From contig NC_135256.1 of assembly GCF_964204865.1 (NCBI RefSeq), forward strand, positions 18,786,001-18,850,000: 64,000 nt of DNA, written 5' to 3'. Shown one piece after another: positions 1-13,864 of the stretch; the first letter of the stretch is position 1, and each line of letters starts with the position of its first letter. A program made the translations under genes and the position numbers. This stretch comes from Styela clava (taxonomy: Eukaryota). A model generated the notes under the pieces. It was not told where the DNA came from. It ran no database searches and worked only from the letters and a program-made list of their open reading frames with translations.

Positions 1-300
1 ATTTTTTCCTGGTTTGGTTTGATTAATGAAAGCAGAGCGAAGTTTCAACCCATTCCACAAAGACCACTGGCTTATTTGATGGAATATTCTTGACAAACAG
101 ACCTAATGATACCTTCGCGGGAATAGCGCTAAAGTCATAATATCATAATTTTTTCCCGTAGAAATCACAGTTGAAGGCAGTCTCAGAAACAACCAATACT
201 TTATGTATAGTATTTATCCGAGGATAGTAGTATGATGATAAGAATGACAGTGAGATCTATATATTCGGCGAGGTATCTCCTTGCAAGTTAGTTTTCAAAC

Positions 301-1242
301 TGATGAAACGCTGCTGTTAAACATTCTGTAGTTTCAATTCAATTGTGCTCAATTGCCAAGAACAGCGATATATATGTAAACTCAAAAGTCAGTTACATTT
401 TTCAATAGACCCATCGACTTACATGAACATTGTTTTATCAGAAAGCGCTTTTTGAATAATGCAAGAAAGATTGACACCACCATTGATAAGAACCATGGGA
501 ATGAATTCTTGGGATATGATCGAAAGAAGTTTTTTTTCGGTTCGTTTTCAAAAAGTGATGAAATGAATGTCATTCGTGGGTCACTGTTACTTAACATTTG
601 TTTAACAAAAACGTGATGAAACGCTGCTGTGAAACATTCTGAAGTTTCAATTCAATTGTGCTCAATTGCCAAGAACAGCGATATATATGTAAACTCGAAT
701 GTCAGTTACATTTTTCAATAGACTCATCGACCTACATGAACATTGTTTTATCAGAAAGCGCTTTTTGAATAATGCAAGAAAGATTGACACCACCATTGAT
801 AAGAACCATGGAAATGAATTCTTGGGATATGATCGAAAGAAGTTTTTTTTCGGTTCGTTTTCAAAAAGTGATGAAATGAATGTCATTCGTGGGTCACTGT
901 TACTTAACATTTGTTTAACAAAAACGTGATGAAACGCTGCTGTGAAACATTCTGAAGTTTCAATTCAATTGTGCTCAATTGCCAAGAACAACGATATATA
1001 TATTATGTAAACTCGAATATCAGTTACATTTTTCAATAGACCCAACGACTTACATGAACATTGTTTTATCAGGAAGCGCTTTTTGAATTGTGCAAGAAAG
1101 ATTGACACCACTATTGATATGAACCCTGGGAATGAATTCTTGGGATATGATCGAAAAAAAAAATATTTCGGTTCGTTTTCAAAAAGTGATGAAATGAATG
1201 TCATTCGTGGGTCACTGTTATTTAACATTTGTTTAACAAAAA
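301..1242. repeat. Tandem repeat, 3 copies of a ~313 bp unit
   Basis: The unit start TGATGAAACGCTGCTG occurs at 301, 614 and 927 (period 313). Copies 1 and 2 are nearly identical and copy 3 is slightly diverged. This explains the repeated short ORFs in the ORF track. Confidence 0.95.
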
Positions 1243-2627
1243 CTTGCGAATTTTACTTTACTTTAAAATACGAATAATATCTATATATTTGACGTTCCCC
1301 AATAACCCTATACAAGAATCAGCTTTGAGACTTAAATAACATAGATATTCTTTCAAAAACCTAGCATGATAGAAGTTTAAGACATTGGCAAGGTAGATTG
1401 CAATGTTTGCCCCACACCGATACAATGCTCAATCGATACAATGCTCAATTGACTTGCTGACAGGTAGCTAAAAAATCTTGCACATATTTATTTTTTGTCA
1501 CTATTGAAGAAATAAAAACTGTTTCATCACGGAACAAAAATTGTTTTTCAAAAGGTAGTGTCGATCGAACAAAACTGAAGTATAGGCCACCAATATGCGA
1601 TACCAACACCCGTAAAGTATTGTCAATGTTCTGATAATTTTTCTCGGCTACTTTAAAACGCATCATACAGTCAATATGACTTCGACAAATAATATAAACC
1701 AAATATGTTAATTAATTTCCCATATTTATACATAAATATACATTCCTATTAAAATTTTCGATTAGGTTCTAATCATTTACAAAAACCTAACGAACTTGAG
1801 CATGAATGAATTATTGTCATTATTATTGATGAAAAACCAAATTCTTCAGTGATAGAAGTCTCCATTGTGTCGTCTGTTTGTGATATTATGATCATAACTG
1901 TTTTCTTTGTCAGAGTTGGACGAAACGCTACTACATCTACGTTTCCAAAGCGGGAGGACTTTATCTACAGAGAGGAATTTTGCTTTGTAATTGCTATAAA
2001 GTATTAATAATGTTTGTTTGTTTTCACGATTACTATAATACTTATTTATACGCACGTTATAATCTATTCAAATGAGGAAAGGAAAAATAGAAAAAAAAGC
2101 GGGCCGTTGCTTTACACATACTTCGTCTTTGTATATTATATATGACCCAAAAACGTTGATGTGGTTCAAGATTGGTAAATAAAATTGGTAGTCTAAGAAA
2201 AAGTAAAATCAAGGATAGCGATAAATAATAAACTACAAAATAAATATGCATATTTTAAAATACAATAACTTGTAATAAGAAATAAAACGGATCAATATAA
2301 ATACAACAATTTCTAAATAGCATATTGTCAAAAGGGTAAATATAAAAGATATTCAACATATAATACGTAAGTACAACATATAATACGTAATTAAATGAGT
2401 ATTCGGGTGTAGATTTTTTTTTCTTTTTTGGGGGGGGGGGGGGGGGGTATTCTGGCTATTTACGCCGGCGTATAATTATTGATTTTAACCCAGGTCACGA
2501 GGATCGTTGTTTTAATTAGTAAGAAATAGACACAACGTAATTGTGCGAAAAGTTGAAAATAATATCATTCTTTTATTGTAGAAATCACGGTGAATTGGGT
2601 CTCAGATATGAAAAATATTTATCGTAG

Positions 2628-3731
2628 TCATCCGAAAATAGTAGTATGATGATACGAATGACTGTGAGGTCTATCTGTGATTGTAGCTTGAACTAATGTT
2701 ACGTGCCTAGCAAATGGAAACAGCCTCAGTTTCCAATCATCAATAGAAGCTATGACACAGATAGTTGCAATTAGGATTACAAATTCCATTACAAGCGTAT
2801 CGGCAATTTTCAACCGCAGGTACAGTTGGGAAATTAAAGGGCCGAGGAGCATGGAAAGTATAGTAATTGCTGTAGCAATCAAAGACCGTTTAATTCGTTT
2901 CGTTAATCTCCTGGCATGCGCATTAAAATTGTTTCTAAATTTTCATAAAGGATAAACAAAAAGAAAAACTAGTGCTAATTCAGTAAGTGCCAAAAGTATA
3001 TACGCAAAAACTGTTTGCAATCGCATAATAGATTCTGGAAGATATGCTTGAAATGCGCAACCTGTTAATGTATTGCTATACTTGCCTCGAGAGAGGCTCA
3101 TGAGTAAACCCGTAAGCACACCAATGATCATAAATGCTAAGACAAGCCAACTCAATACTCGCATAAATTTGTTGCATAGTGGCTTTAGTAAATCCGACTT
3201 GTAAAATAGTCTCTGACGCATCCAGTAAATCAAAAACGGTATGAAGAGACAAATTGCGACTAAAACACGCTTCACATATCGCAGGTTTCTACATAGATCC
3301 ACTTCATCGTCATAAGAATAACGTAATTCAACAGCATCAAGGCATCCGAGAACAACGAACAAAAACGTTATGATCAAGTATCTCATAACGTCAATGGCTA
3401 TATGTTTCCTCATTCTTGAATATCGATCCTTCTGACGAATTCGATCCATGATCTCTCTGTTCTCCTTTTGTACTTTCCATTCATATATCAAAGTTACGAC
3501 CAGGACATAGATGTTCAATAAAAATGTAAAAGACGCAAAAATCACAGCCGCCAGCCATTGTCTATATACTATGGCACTGTCGTAGAATAAATTGGTATCA
3601 TTGGTCGAAAGATTTTTGTTACTTTGTAGAAACCACATATTGTAGAAACTCAGAAAACGTCTAAGCAAACTAATTTTTTTTAATATATACCCTTTGAAAA
3701 CAAAATTAGGGTAAAAATAGTGCAGCGCCAT
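2628..3731 (-). pseudogene. Intronless orphan 7TM/GPCR-like gene with one in-frame TGA at 2943-2945 (null allele, young pseudogene or sequence error)
   Basis: ORFs 2943..3731 and 2628..2882 share a frame and the 60 nt between them are open (KFRNNFNAHARRLTKRIKRS). Together they give about 7 hydrophobic segments, N-terminal N-glycosylation sites (NLS, NDT), Cys before TM3 and in the loop after TM4, and WMRQRLFY at the DRY-equivalent position. The likely start is the Met at 3638. Confidence 0.7.
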
Positions 3732-5594
3732 TTCTCACAAAATGGCTTTTATTTTTATGTATTTATTTGGCTATATTTGTCGAGTGAAATTTCATACTCC
3801 ATTCCAATGTTCCTCAATTTACTCTTATGTTTTCAAGTGCATGTTTATACTTGATACATCATCTAAAACTCCTGAACTAAATTCTGTAAAATTTTTGAAA
3901 TAGCTTACGACAAGAATAAAAAGGCAACTTGCGTACAGACTCATGCTCCTACACGAGTTTTACAAATATTCTTATAAACAATTGCGGCCCTGTCCAATTT
4001 AGCGAAAAATTACAGACCATATTCCACACCCATTCCTCAACAGCAAGATATCACTAGTTCATTGCAGATTATCATTATTGATTCTAAACGCTTGAAAATA
4101 TACAAAACTATTAGTGCACCAGGGAGCGTGGAGATTCTTCAGAAAATGTTTTTTTGATGTCTATTCAGTCTCTAACTGCTGAAAAGTTGAAATCGATTTG
4201 TATCATATATTGTTAAAGAAAGGGCTATTTTTTCGCTATGCCCAAATTTGGTATAGATTGTTTGGGTATTTCCTCAAAGCACTGACACCAAGTTTCAAGT
4301 GAGTAAAGCGTTGGTGCAGCGTTTAATCCTCCGTTTGTTAAAGCAAACTGCCAGATCAGTGAATTTTTTCAATAGATCCTTTGGCTCACTTAACACTGTG
4401 TCACAATCAGGAAACGTCATGGAGCAACATGCAAAAGAATCTCTCTCAGCGAATGATCAAGCACAAATTCTTCCTGGCCGTAATAAAAAGATAGAACAGT
4501 GGTTCTTTGTGGCTAAGCGTAATGTATCAGTTGCATACAAAATCTTGGAAATTTTACTTCAATAGAATAGAAAGCAATCAGGAAATATATGCGAACACTG
4601 AAATCAAGGGATTAACCGCAGTGGAGTGGAAGCCTAGGCAACCCATGTATGAAACCGATCATTCAATCCTTTGAATCAAATATGCATGACCGTAGAAACC
4701 TAAACCACTACTGCTCCTTAGCTGAGCACCGGATTTGGCGGAAAATGCGAATTAGCATGACGCGATTCCACGTGGTGGCGCAATATACGCAAAATATGGG
4801 TGAACTATCGATTTAGTATCTTTCATAAGATTCAGATAAAATTCGGAAAATAAATAAAATAAAAGTATTAGCTTTCTAGCGCTCTCTCCCATCTTTTCGT
4901 ACTAAAATTTAAAGTCGATTGGTTCATAAGTTATGGAGAAAAGTCATTCCTTGACTACAACAACAGCATGGACAACCACAGCAGTTTTATAATTAATCCA
5001 TAGGTGCAATGTTTCAAAAAATTTGAGTTAGTGGCGCCTTTGTCTTTTTTCGACAACCCTACACAAGATTCAAACTTGCGATCTAATATTTACAGTCTTC
5101 CATACATCTACATTCTTTATTGCTTATATCAAAATAAAATAATACGAGGTCCTTTTGTCTCTTAAATAAATAAAAATATATGAATTGAAAAATTATTCAA
5201 CTGCGAGTACTTATATAACAATGTCAGTAATGAGCGTGGCTCAGCCCAGAGTTAAATGTACGCTTCGACTCCGAATACAGACATCCGTTTTTTTGCTTCA
5301 AGCAGGTGCTCGACCGCGCTAACACACTTGAGGTTTATGAAAACAGGGGGCATCAAATGTGACATAACAATAGAAAACTTCATAAGCGACGTTATTAAAA
5401 TATGGGATCACGATGGTAATTTAAATTGCGAGTGCTTTTAAGTACGACAGTGCTGGACGTCTCATTATTAAAGAAAGATTCTCAATTTTGATTTCACGCT
5501 AAAAAATTGGAAAGCTAAAATACAAATTTGACATTGCAACAGCATTTAAAGTTCGTTTAAGTTAGTGTTTGTTCATAGTGACTCACAGTATTAT

Positions 5595-8500
5595 TTACAA
5601 TCCCTCAAGTAATGAAGAAAATTGATATTCACGAACAGGTTTAAACTTTTCAATTTTTTTCATTTTTGTTCTGTTCTTTGCTGATAAAAGTTCACTTCTC
5701 ATATACACTAAATCTTGAAAACCAAACAACGCCAATCTGGCTCCTGCCCCGTATGTAGAATCAAACGTTCTTAACTCCTCTTCACGATATTCTAATAAAA
5801 CTTTCGGGTCTTTCAGTAAACTTTTCTGTGGGTGAATGTGAAGAGCATAATTCTCTGATATATCATATGAAGAGTGAGAAATGCAAATTCGTCCATCTAT
5901 CCAAGGGTTGGGCCGTTGCAGAGAAGTTTCTTCTACGTGTGACATAAGGTCTGGTCTCATTGAGTGTAAGCGAAACGGTAATTTGATGGAAAAATCAGCG
6001 TAGTGGATGCCGCGGATTTTATGCTAAAATAAAAAATGTAATATAGATGTATTGTAACACATGAAAAATATATGATTGTGAGGGTCAAATGGCTATCGCA
6101 ATATGAAGTCACAAGAATTCATGTCATATGGATGTGTGTACTAATACGTCATAGAACTGTGTTCCAATGATTTATGAAAAATAAGATTTCTGGTAAATTT
6201 TGACTCCATGTCAAAATTAAAACTAATAGCCATCTTGTGACTTCTTCCATTTATTTCTACTAAAAAAGTGCATTACTTGCGAAGAAAAGCGATTTTTTGC
6301 AACAACAACAATTTTGTAAAAATGATCCATAGGTCTACATTAGTGAGCGGCAAACTGTGGGCCGTCTAGCATTTTCTAGTGCTCCAAAGAAGTTATGGCA
6401 GTGATACACAAAAATTCTATAAACCCAACATTACATATAAATTTTAACCATATCGAAGTTCATACATCAAACGATCATGGATTACGTTCATTTCGACGAA
6501 AGGAATTAAATGTCCTTTTATTACGTGGTTAAGTTTAAAGAAAATTTCAGGAAAATCGTTGGACCATGAAACCTTTTTATTTCACTATTTGTGCCTAACT
6601 TAAAAAACTTACCCGACCACTGGTCTAGTTCGAGTCCAATGAAATATCAATTAGCCACTTAAAGTTATTCCAGTATACTCGCTATTTTTTGTGGCGCTCC
6701 AGAAGTGTGTGTACCAATATGGAGCCAATGGTGGTAACTAATTTTGTTCGTCTACTTTACATCAAGTTGTGTGAAGGGACTGAAGCCTATGGGCAAGGGG
6801 TATATTCAGTTGACTAACACAAACATTTCCCGAACTCGTAATAGAACTAAAATAAGGGAAATCGGAATAAAATTATAGCCCAACCTTAACCTGGTACACA
6901 CACTACGGGAGTACGATTTTGGTTATACATATGTATTTATATCGGAAACCATAGGCTCTGATTCTAATGCCAGCTTCAACTCTCTTCATTAATTAACAGG
7001 TATATATATCAATAATCAGTATTGATGAAGCACGCAAAGCAATTCGATAAAGTTACAGTACTCACTTGGTCATATTTATTGAAATAACTCATCCATTCTT
7101 TAATAAATGATGAATCAGGTTCCGATAACATGACTCCGTTACCTGAAAGTATGAGAATTAAGTTGACTCAAAGATTGAAATCAGCCACAAAAGCTCACGT
7201 CGCATATATGGATTCAAGAATAAACATGCATACATATTGTACCAGAAATGTTAAATCTATTTCAGAAGATTATATAATATATCATAGAACTATTTGATTG
7301 TGTTTTTATACATACAGGAGCTTGTAAAGTTATTAGTGGACACGAAATGGACCTATGTATCAATTTATTATTATTGTTCTTGTTGGTATTTTTCCTTTTT
7401 GTTGTTATGAGAAAAATCATTTCTCTCATTAATTAATAACGGGTCAATTGCTTTGCAATTTCCAGTGATTGAAGATTGTATTTTTCGCTAGATGGGTATT
7501 ACTGTACTTTTACTTATTTCAAAGCTTCCCGTGGGCTGCATGTGATTCATTTTTTACTTCGAATAGATGACCCCTTGAACAATAATACAAATTATTTGTA
7601 GCTGTTCGTCAACCTTGGTTGGTCTTCGTGTCCATGTATTCAAGCAACACTCTCTTTTAGACATTTAGCGATGCAAAGCGGTAAATTATTGTCGATGAAA
7701 CACTCTTATATTATCATGTAACATCCTATACCCGACAAAAGTTACTTACTGAGAGAATACTCTGTTGATCGCCCGATAGTGAAAGGATATTTCCTCAACG
7801 GGTTAAACGACTTTAGTATTATGACGTCAGAGTCTAGGTAAATTCCTCCGTATTTGAGCAAAATCTGCATTCTGAAAATTAAATGGTCATTGTAGTAAGT
7901 AATGGAAAAGTTTAATGTACGCAGCGTATAAATTTCCAAATTTAAGTGATAAACTTTTGTCGGTGCTCCCGAAGTATGCAAACCAAGATGGCGTACATCG
8001 GAACGTAACATGGGTAACAGGTTAGGGTTAGGCTATAATTTTTTTCCAATTTTCCTTATTTTAGTCCCATTATCAGTTTGAAGACTAGCCAGGAGGCTCC
8101 CGTAGTATTTTTACCTAAAATTATGGCCTAACCCTAACCTAGTACACATATTACATTCCCATGTCCGCCATCTTGGTTCGCATAGTTCGGGAGCCCCCTT
8201 TTGTCTTCATTTTTTTGCTGTGGTTATGCTGTGGCAAACCAGGTTTCCTGAGTTCAATCTCACTCAATCAAAAACTACATGGCAAAACTTGCTCTTACAT
8301 ATTTGATTCTGATCTACTTTGCGCGAATCAAAATATTCACAAATAGGTAAACGAGAATATCGGTCGAAGACCGAAGACTTATCGATCGAAACTGCGGTTT
8401 CGATTCATGACTCTATACCAGTGACAACGCGTTTCCCATCACTAATTAATTAATACCTCGCTAATTATACGACATCCAAAATCAATAGGCTTCTGGTCCG

Positions 8501-11500
8501 AGATATGATGAATGCACATGCAAAATTTGGAGCAGATTCAACCTCGCTTTCGTGAGATATCGCGTCCATCTAACAGACAAACAAATACCTATCAACATAC
8601 TTACCGATCAAGATCGATAAGTAATCAAGATCGATAAGTGATAAGGGCTTGTTTACGGGGCAGAAACCTTGAATGTTTAAGGAAGTTATACGGAATGTAA
8701 TTGTATTAGATAGAGTAATTTGTAGCAAATTCAATTTCACAGATGATGGTTCTACCTGGCAACATCGGTTTGGTGCAATACGTCTGATATTTCTTTGTTA
8801 TGAATCGACGTGGGTGCTTCCATTTTGACCAAAGTAATGCAAGGAATTTCTTTTTCGACTCTTTTCCAGTATTCTCCTCCTGGCTTGGAACCGTTGATAT
8901 GAAACATAATAGCATCTGGATGCTAAATATTAATTTGCAAAGGTCATGTTGGTTATTACATTAAATAAAAACATGAATACTATTTTCCATATTCTAAGTT
9001 AGGGGTGTGCAACCTTTAATACAAGCAACTGGGCAACTACGAATGACTGGGTGAAACCGCGGGCAGCACCTTGATTTAATTAACATAGGGTTTCTGGTGG
9101 TCAGTGGTTGCAAGTAAAAAAATTTGGTTATTGATCTTTTGACATGCGTTGTTCACTTCGCATAAGCGTGCTTTTGGGGCACTGTGACGTTATAGACATA
9201 GCTAATTATTTGACTAGGCCTTGCAATGCATAGGGATTCGATTTACTCGTACGTACCAGATTAAACTAAATAAAAAACTCGTTTTGCGGCCAGCCCACCA
9301 TTCAAAATTGGCACTTATCCGCGAGACGCACAATATTTCTTCGTGGGCCGCATTTGGCCCGCAGGTCGCAGTTTTCACACCCCTATTCTAAGTTATTAAG
9401 GTTATATATGAAGCCAAATTTAAAAATCTCCAACATCTATGCGATCTTGCATTCGAAAATAATTGTAATTGAAAAAACATACATTAAAATGCATACTTTT
9501 AAATAAATTACTGCTTCTAATCTTAAAAATACTTCGATCGCAAATTCACCGATATTGTATTTTGCCCCTATTGATATCCATAAATTAATATTTCCATGTT
9601 CAAGGAATAGTTGGAATTGGAATTACCGTTCCGAGAAATTGAGATATTTCCTAGGGTGACCAAACGTCCTCCTTTTGGAGGATTTCTCCTCCCTTTTCGT
9701 TAAAAAAATTGCGTCCTCCGAGGACGCTCTAAAATGTCAACATCCTCCTTTTTTCACGGGATTAAATATTTAAAATTCTCTTACATTATCAAAAGCTTTG
9801 GATATGTCAAGAAATATCCAAAGTCAGTAGAGACTTGTAGTTATCATTATACACATGACAAGCGATGTGATAGCATGTAGACGGGTTTACTCTAATTAAA
9901 TGCACACTTGTTATGCTTACTCGTTTACTACGTAAAATCGTTTTGTTTCGCAATTAGGTTTTACGCCATTTCACCTCGTATTTCGCAATTTATGAAAATT
10001 TGGATTTGGAAAGAAAATGACGCCAATATGCCCAGTTTTACGATTTTGAAAAAAATAACCCAGCAATGTTGACAACGATTAAAGGAACTGCCAAATACTC
10101 ATGGTCTAAGAACAAATCAATCGATTGTCCTGCATATTTTTTGGTACAACAAAAATGCGTTATTTCATTGTCGTTACTTCGTTTATTGTCACTTCTATAT
10201 TTAATTCTAGGGAATTTAGTAGATATATTATAATGTAATCTCATGCACAGATGAAATGTGGTTCTACCAAACAATGTGTCCTCCTTTTAGGGTTTGGAAA
10301 TAGGGTCACCCTATATTTCCACCTTTAACACACTCAGACATTTTCCATTGCAAATTCGAATACGTTTTGAAATCCCTCTCTGTGCTGGCAATGGTAATAT
10401 AAAAAAGCATAAAATACCAAAAAATATATATAACACACTTACTTGATTTGCTGCAGCAGATCGCACTGAGAGATAATGATAATACTTGAGATTCATTTCA
10501 CCAAACCAAACGTAATGAACTATGTTTGGAACTTTATATTCGAGGGCATCTGAAGGTGAAATTTAAAAACGCTTAAAATCGAATTTGTCACTCTTCTCAA
10601 ATAGTCAAATTCTAAAATCATGAAAAATGATGATGAGGCAAATATAATTTTATTATAGGACACAATGTTGACCTATGGATCGTTTTGTTATTATGTTGTT
10701 TTGGGTAGGGAGTCAACCTACGAAACTTTTTGCTATTATGTTGTAGTTGTAATTTTCGCAAGCATTTCTTTTTTCTTCTTTTCACTTTGCTTACTGGACT
10801 TGTATTTGTTGCTCAAAGGTGACATCATGACATCATCAAAATGACATCATCAAAATTCACGATTGCCCACCTTGTGGCGTTTGCTGCTATCTGATGGCCA
10901 GGAGAAGAATGCGGTCGGTACTGGTAGTCTGCTGTGAAAGATTACCTGTACTACTTCGTTTTGGTCTTCATGTCTATTAAGCACTGTTCTTTTTTTGTGT
11001 TGTAAAAAACGTTTAAAATATATATACCTTGTTCTGATTTTCCGCAAGCTGTACTGCTGAAAGGTAGAGAATCGTTGCAAATATAGAAGGTATTGAATTC
11101 ACCAGTCTTGTAGCACGAAGCTTTTGTCGCAATATTTTCTTTGGAGGAATTTTCATTTTCAAATATTATTCTTGTTTTCTGTTGGTAAAACAATTTTGAA
11201 TGTAGGGATTAAAAGTAATACAATCTCTCTGTTTTCAGTTTTTTTTTTTAATTTACTGCAAACTTCGAGGATACTTATGGAATAAATAATTGAATGAGGA
11301 TTATAATTAATATCTCAAACTAGTTTCGCTGCAATGCAGAATTAACGAGTTATAAATACCCGGTATGTAACCAGGCATACGACACGCGACTCAGATTAGT
11401 GATTTAAAAATTTTAAATCATTGGCGTTTAAATCGAACAGCATAGAATGTAACGTTATAATTTGCTGAAAGTAAACAAACATAGAAAAACGTGTTGTTTT

Positions 11501-11936
11501 GTTTTTATACCAGAGCGACCAAAATAAAATTGATTGATTGATATGCCCAAAATATTTTCAACAATACAAGTTTGAAAAACGAATCCAAATTCAGTTTCTG
11601 TACTATCAAAATGCTACAAGAAGAGAACTTAGGACGCGGTCGTTATCAATAGCAAAGGTTTTTAGAATTTAACCTATTATAATCTAGCGCTATTCTTCGT
11701 CATATCCGATTATTATGATGCATAGAAGGAATGATTTCAGGCGTTAAATAATCTACCAAATACATATAGAACTTGATATTTGCTTAGTAAACTGCCTTTA
11801 AAAATAAATCACTTACCAGACCAACAACCTGATTAAACACCGAAGATCCCGTTTGTATGCATGCTCTTAGGTCATATAGTGAGATGAAAATCAGTCCAAC
11901 AGGTAAAACAATAAGAATTCTGTGTTTCCGTAACAT
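5595..11936 (-). CDS. GT32-family DXD glycosyltransferase (alpha-1,4-GlcNAc/Gal transferase-like), ~390 aa, 7 coding exons: 11817-11936, 11028-11178, 10443-10549, 8756-8922, 7750-7871, 7066-7142, 5595-6023
   Basis: N-terminal signal-anchor (MLRKHRILIVLPVGLIFISL) and motifs VPNIVHYVWFG, HQTDVARMQILLKYGGIYLDSDV and SNGVMLSEPDSSFIKEW. All introns are GT-AG with consistent phases; the total is 1173 nt. Confidence 0.85.
6693..6915 (-). mobile_element. GG...CC-ended MITE, same family as 22101-22309 and 42458-42671
   Basis: Reverse-complement homolog of the 22101 copy, with imperfect TIRs GGCGCTCCAGAAGTGTGTGTACC / GGTACACACACTACGGGAGTAC. Confidence 0.8.
7962..8197. mobile_element. MITE with long TIRs and 8-bp TSD (CTTTTGTC), possibly Merlin-derived
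   Basis: TIRs GGTGCTCCCGAAGTATGCAAACCAAGATGGCG / CGCCATCTTGGTTCGCATAGTTCGGGAGCCCC. CTTTTGTC is present at 7954-7961 and 8198-8205. The interior contains GGTTAGGGTTAGG. Confidence 0.85.
8350..8624 (-). mobile_element. Helentron-associated (HINE/DINE-1-like) non-autonomous element
   Basis: Subterminal inverted repeats ACTTATCGATC (8377) / GATCGATAAGT (8612), an end hairpin ACTTACCGAT-caag-ATCGATAAGT, a palindrome TCGGTC-gaa-GACCGA at the other end, and an ACAG-type microsatellite. A second copy lies at 34193. Confidence 0.7.
9000..9385. mobile_element. hAT (Charlie/Buster-like) MITE
   Basis: TIRs TAGGGGTGTGCAAC / GTTTTCACACCCCTA, with a perfect 8-bp TSD TTCTAAGT (8992-8999, 9386-9393). Confidence 0.9.
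9652..10313. mobile_element. hAT (Blackjack-like) deletion derivative
   Basis: TIRs TAGGGTGACC / GGTCACCCTA, flanking direct repeat TATTTCC on both sides, and subterminal TCCTCCTTTT repeats. Confidence 0.8.
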
Positions 11937-13864
11937 TTAAGTTGTCATTAAGACAAGCTCATGAACTAATACTGTCAGGATAAATATAAAAGATAATATA
12001 GTACGTGAAAGCTGCGCTTGGGATCATTCTGAGCTTGGATGAAAACGTCCGCCAGTCCGTGTATCCACATAATTTCTAACAATCAAAAGACTTACCGGTA
12101 CTTGCTATGTACAATTTGATGAAAATATAGGTATTAGTCAACGCACTTATTTTTCCACTAGCAGTTATAAACTACCAAAAAGTTACAGACATTGCAAGCA
12201 AAAGTGGATCAACCATTACCGATGTATAATAGCTGGTACTGCTACCGTTGCGTTGTAGATTGCCCCGGGGCACGGATTCTATAAATTCCAGCAAAGTACG
12301 TTACGTCACGATTCAGCAAGCGCGGAGGAGCGTCGGAATATACTGCCTGGTTTAACGGCCACATATAATCACGCGAAACATATATGTATAGGAATTAAAT
12401 CTGAATTATTTGCTTGCAAAATTACCTCCGAATCTTAAATAAAATACCCCCGTCTCAGAATCCAAGCTGCAAACGTTTGTCTAAAGTTTTATAGTCATAG
12501 TAATATCACCAAATCCGCTTGATCGTCCATTATGCTCGACTAGAGATGCTTCCGCGAAAATTGACTACTGACGTATTTGATATAACTTTATTAGCTTTGG
12601 ATATTCGGTGTCAAAACAAGCAGCAAAATATATATACTAACACATATGATTATGAGACAAAACAAAATTATAAAAAGAACATAACAAACATAAAATAGGG
12701 CAGTTAATGCAAATCACTGAAAAATAGGCACACTATCGATCGGTTGACAGCGGAATCAAATTTGTTACTTAAACAAAGGTAAACAAAACTAACTGAAATT
12801 TTCTTTGGTGTGTTATGTACAATACTAAAGGGCAACATTACACAATATAGCACAAACATTCGGCTTGCTTCAGAGATAATTTCTACTATTTATGCAAAAT
12901 CAATTTTCTACCAAAAATTAGTTACACCAAAAACATACATACTTCACATATAGAAAATTCCCAAAGCCTGATATGCATTGAGGCTGCGAATCAAACATGT
13001 GCAAAACACATGTCTGAAAAATGAAAATAAATTACTTGCTGATATACACATAAAATTATCCATAAAAAGCTAGCGACAATACCATTAAAATAAAAACACT
13101 TGATAAGACCTGGCGGAATTCCAATACTAAACAAATATAATATCAATATTATAATACCACTTCTCGATTAAAACCATATGCATAAGAAGTAAGAAAACAT
13201 GAAAAAGGCATGTCTATTTACAAACACTAAAAACTAGGGAAAAGCTACTCCAACAAATCTTTGCTAAAATTGGAAAAATATTTGAGTCTTAGAACAAATG
13301 AATCAAATGACAAAATACTAACTTTTCAAACAGTAAAGCTTGCATTTTCCTAAAATTTTAGCATTTCAAATAATGGCTGCGAATGAAAATTTATAAAGAC
13401 CAAAAAAAAGAAATGTCTAATTAAATTTCAACAGTAGCCTGTGATTCAGAAATTAGATTAAGAAGGAAAATGATAGTTGGGTTTGCATGGGGTGATAATG
13501 ATCAAGTAATACATTGTTACAGAGTTTATATGTGAAACTGGAGCAACTCGACATTTCAAATTTTGATTTCAATTTTTTCCGAAACATACGAATTTGATAA
13601 ATTAACGAAAATGCTAATTGACGACTGATAGGTAACTATGTTTAAATTATACATCTAGCACTAGGAAGTTTTCGAATATAAGGATCACTATACATTTAAG
13701 AAGTGTTTTATAAGTAAATAAAAAGAAGCATTGGTTGTATAAATCAACCTAAAAGTTTATCCCCTGCATTTATTTCTGTTGAAGAGTTGATATATTTTGG
13801 ATCTCTCTATTTTTCTATTACATTTCAGTTAAGATACAAATTGCTGATTTTAGAAAGATAGAAA

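Noticed and set aside
301-1242. CRISPR-like array or repeated small genes
   Set aside because: Whole 313-bp units repeat with no unique spacers, the context is eukaryotic, and the ORFs are by-products of the repeat.
2430-2447. G18 run as a functional G-quadruplex
   Set aside because: It is an isolated homopolymer of unreliable length with no supporting context.
2943-2945. Selenocysteine codon in the 7TM ORF
   Set aside because: The site is not a redox motif and I could not identify a SECIS element downstream. A nonsense change is simpler.
8020-8140. Interstitial telomere (TTAGGG/CCCTAA)
   Set aside because: Only about two units are present, and they are internal to the MITE family.
12100-12600. 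EFHD2-glycosyltransferase operon (SL trans-splicing)
   Set aside because: The genes are co-oriented and close, but a few hundred bp of promoter-like sequence lie between the putative EFHD2 poly(A) signal (12587-12592) and the next 5' exon. An operon cannot be supported without transcript data.
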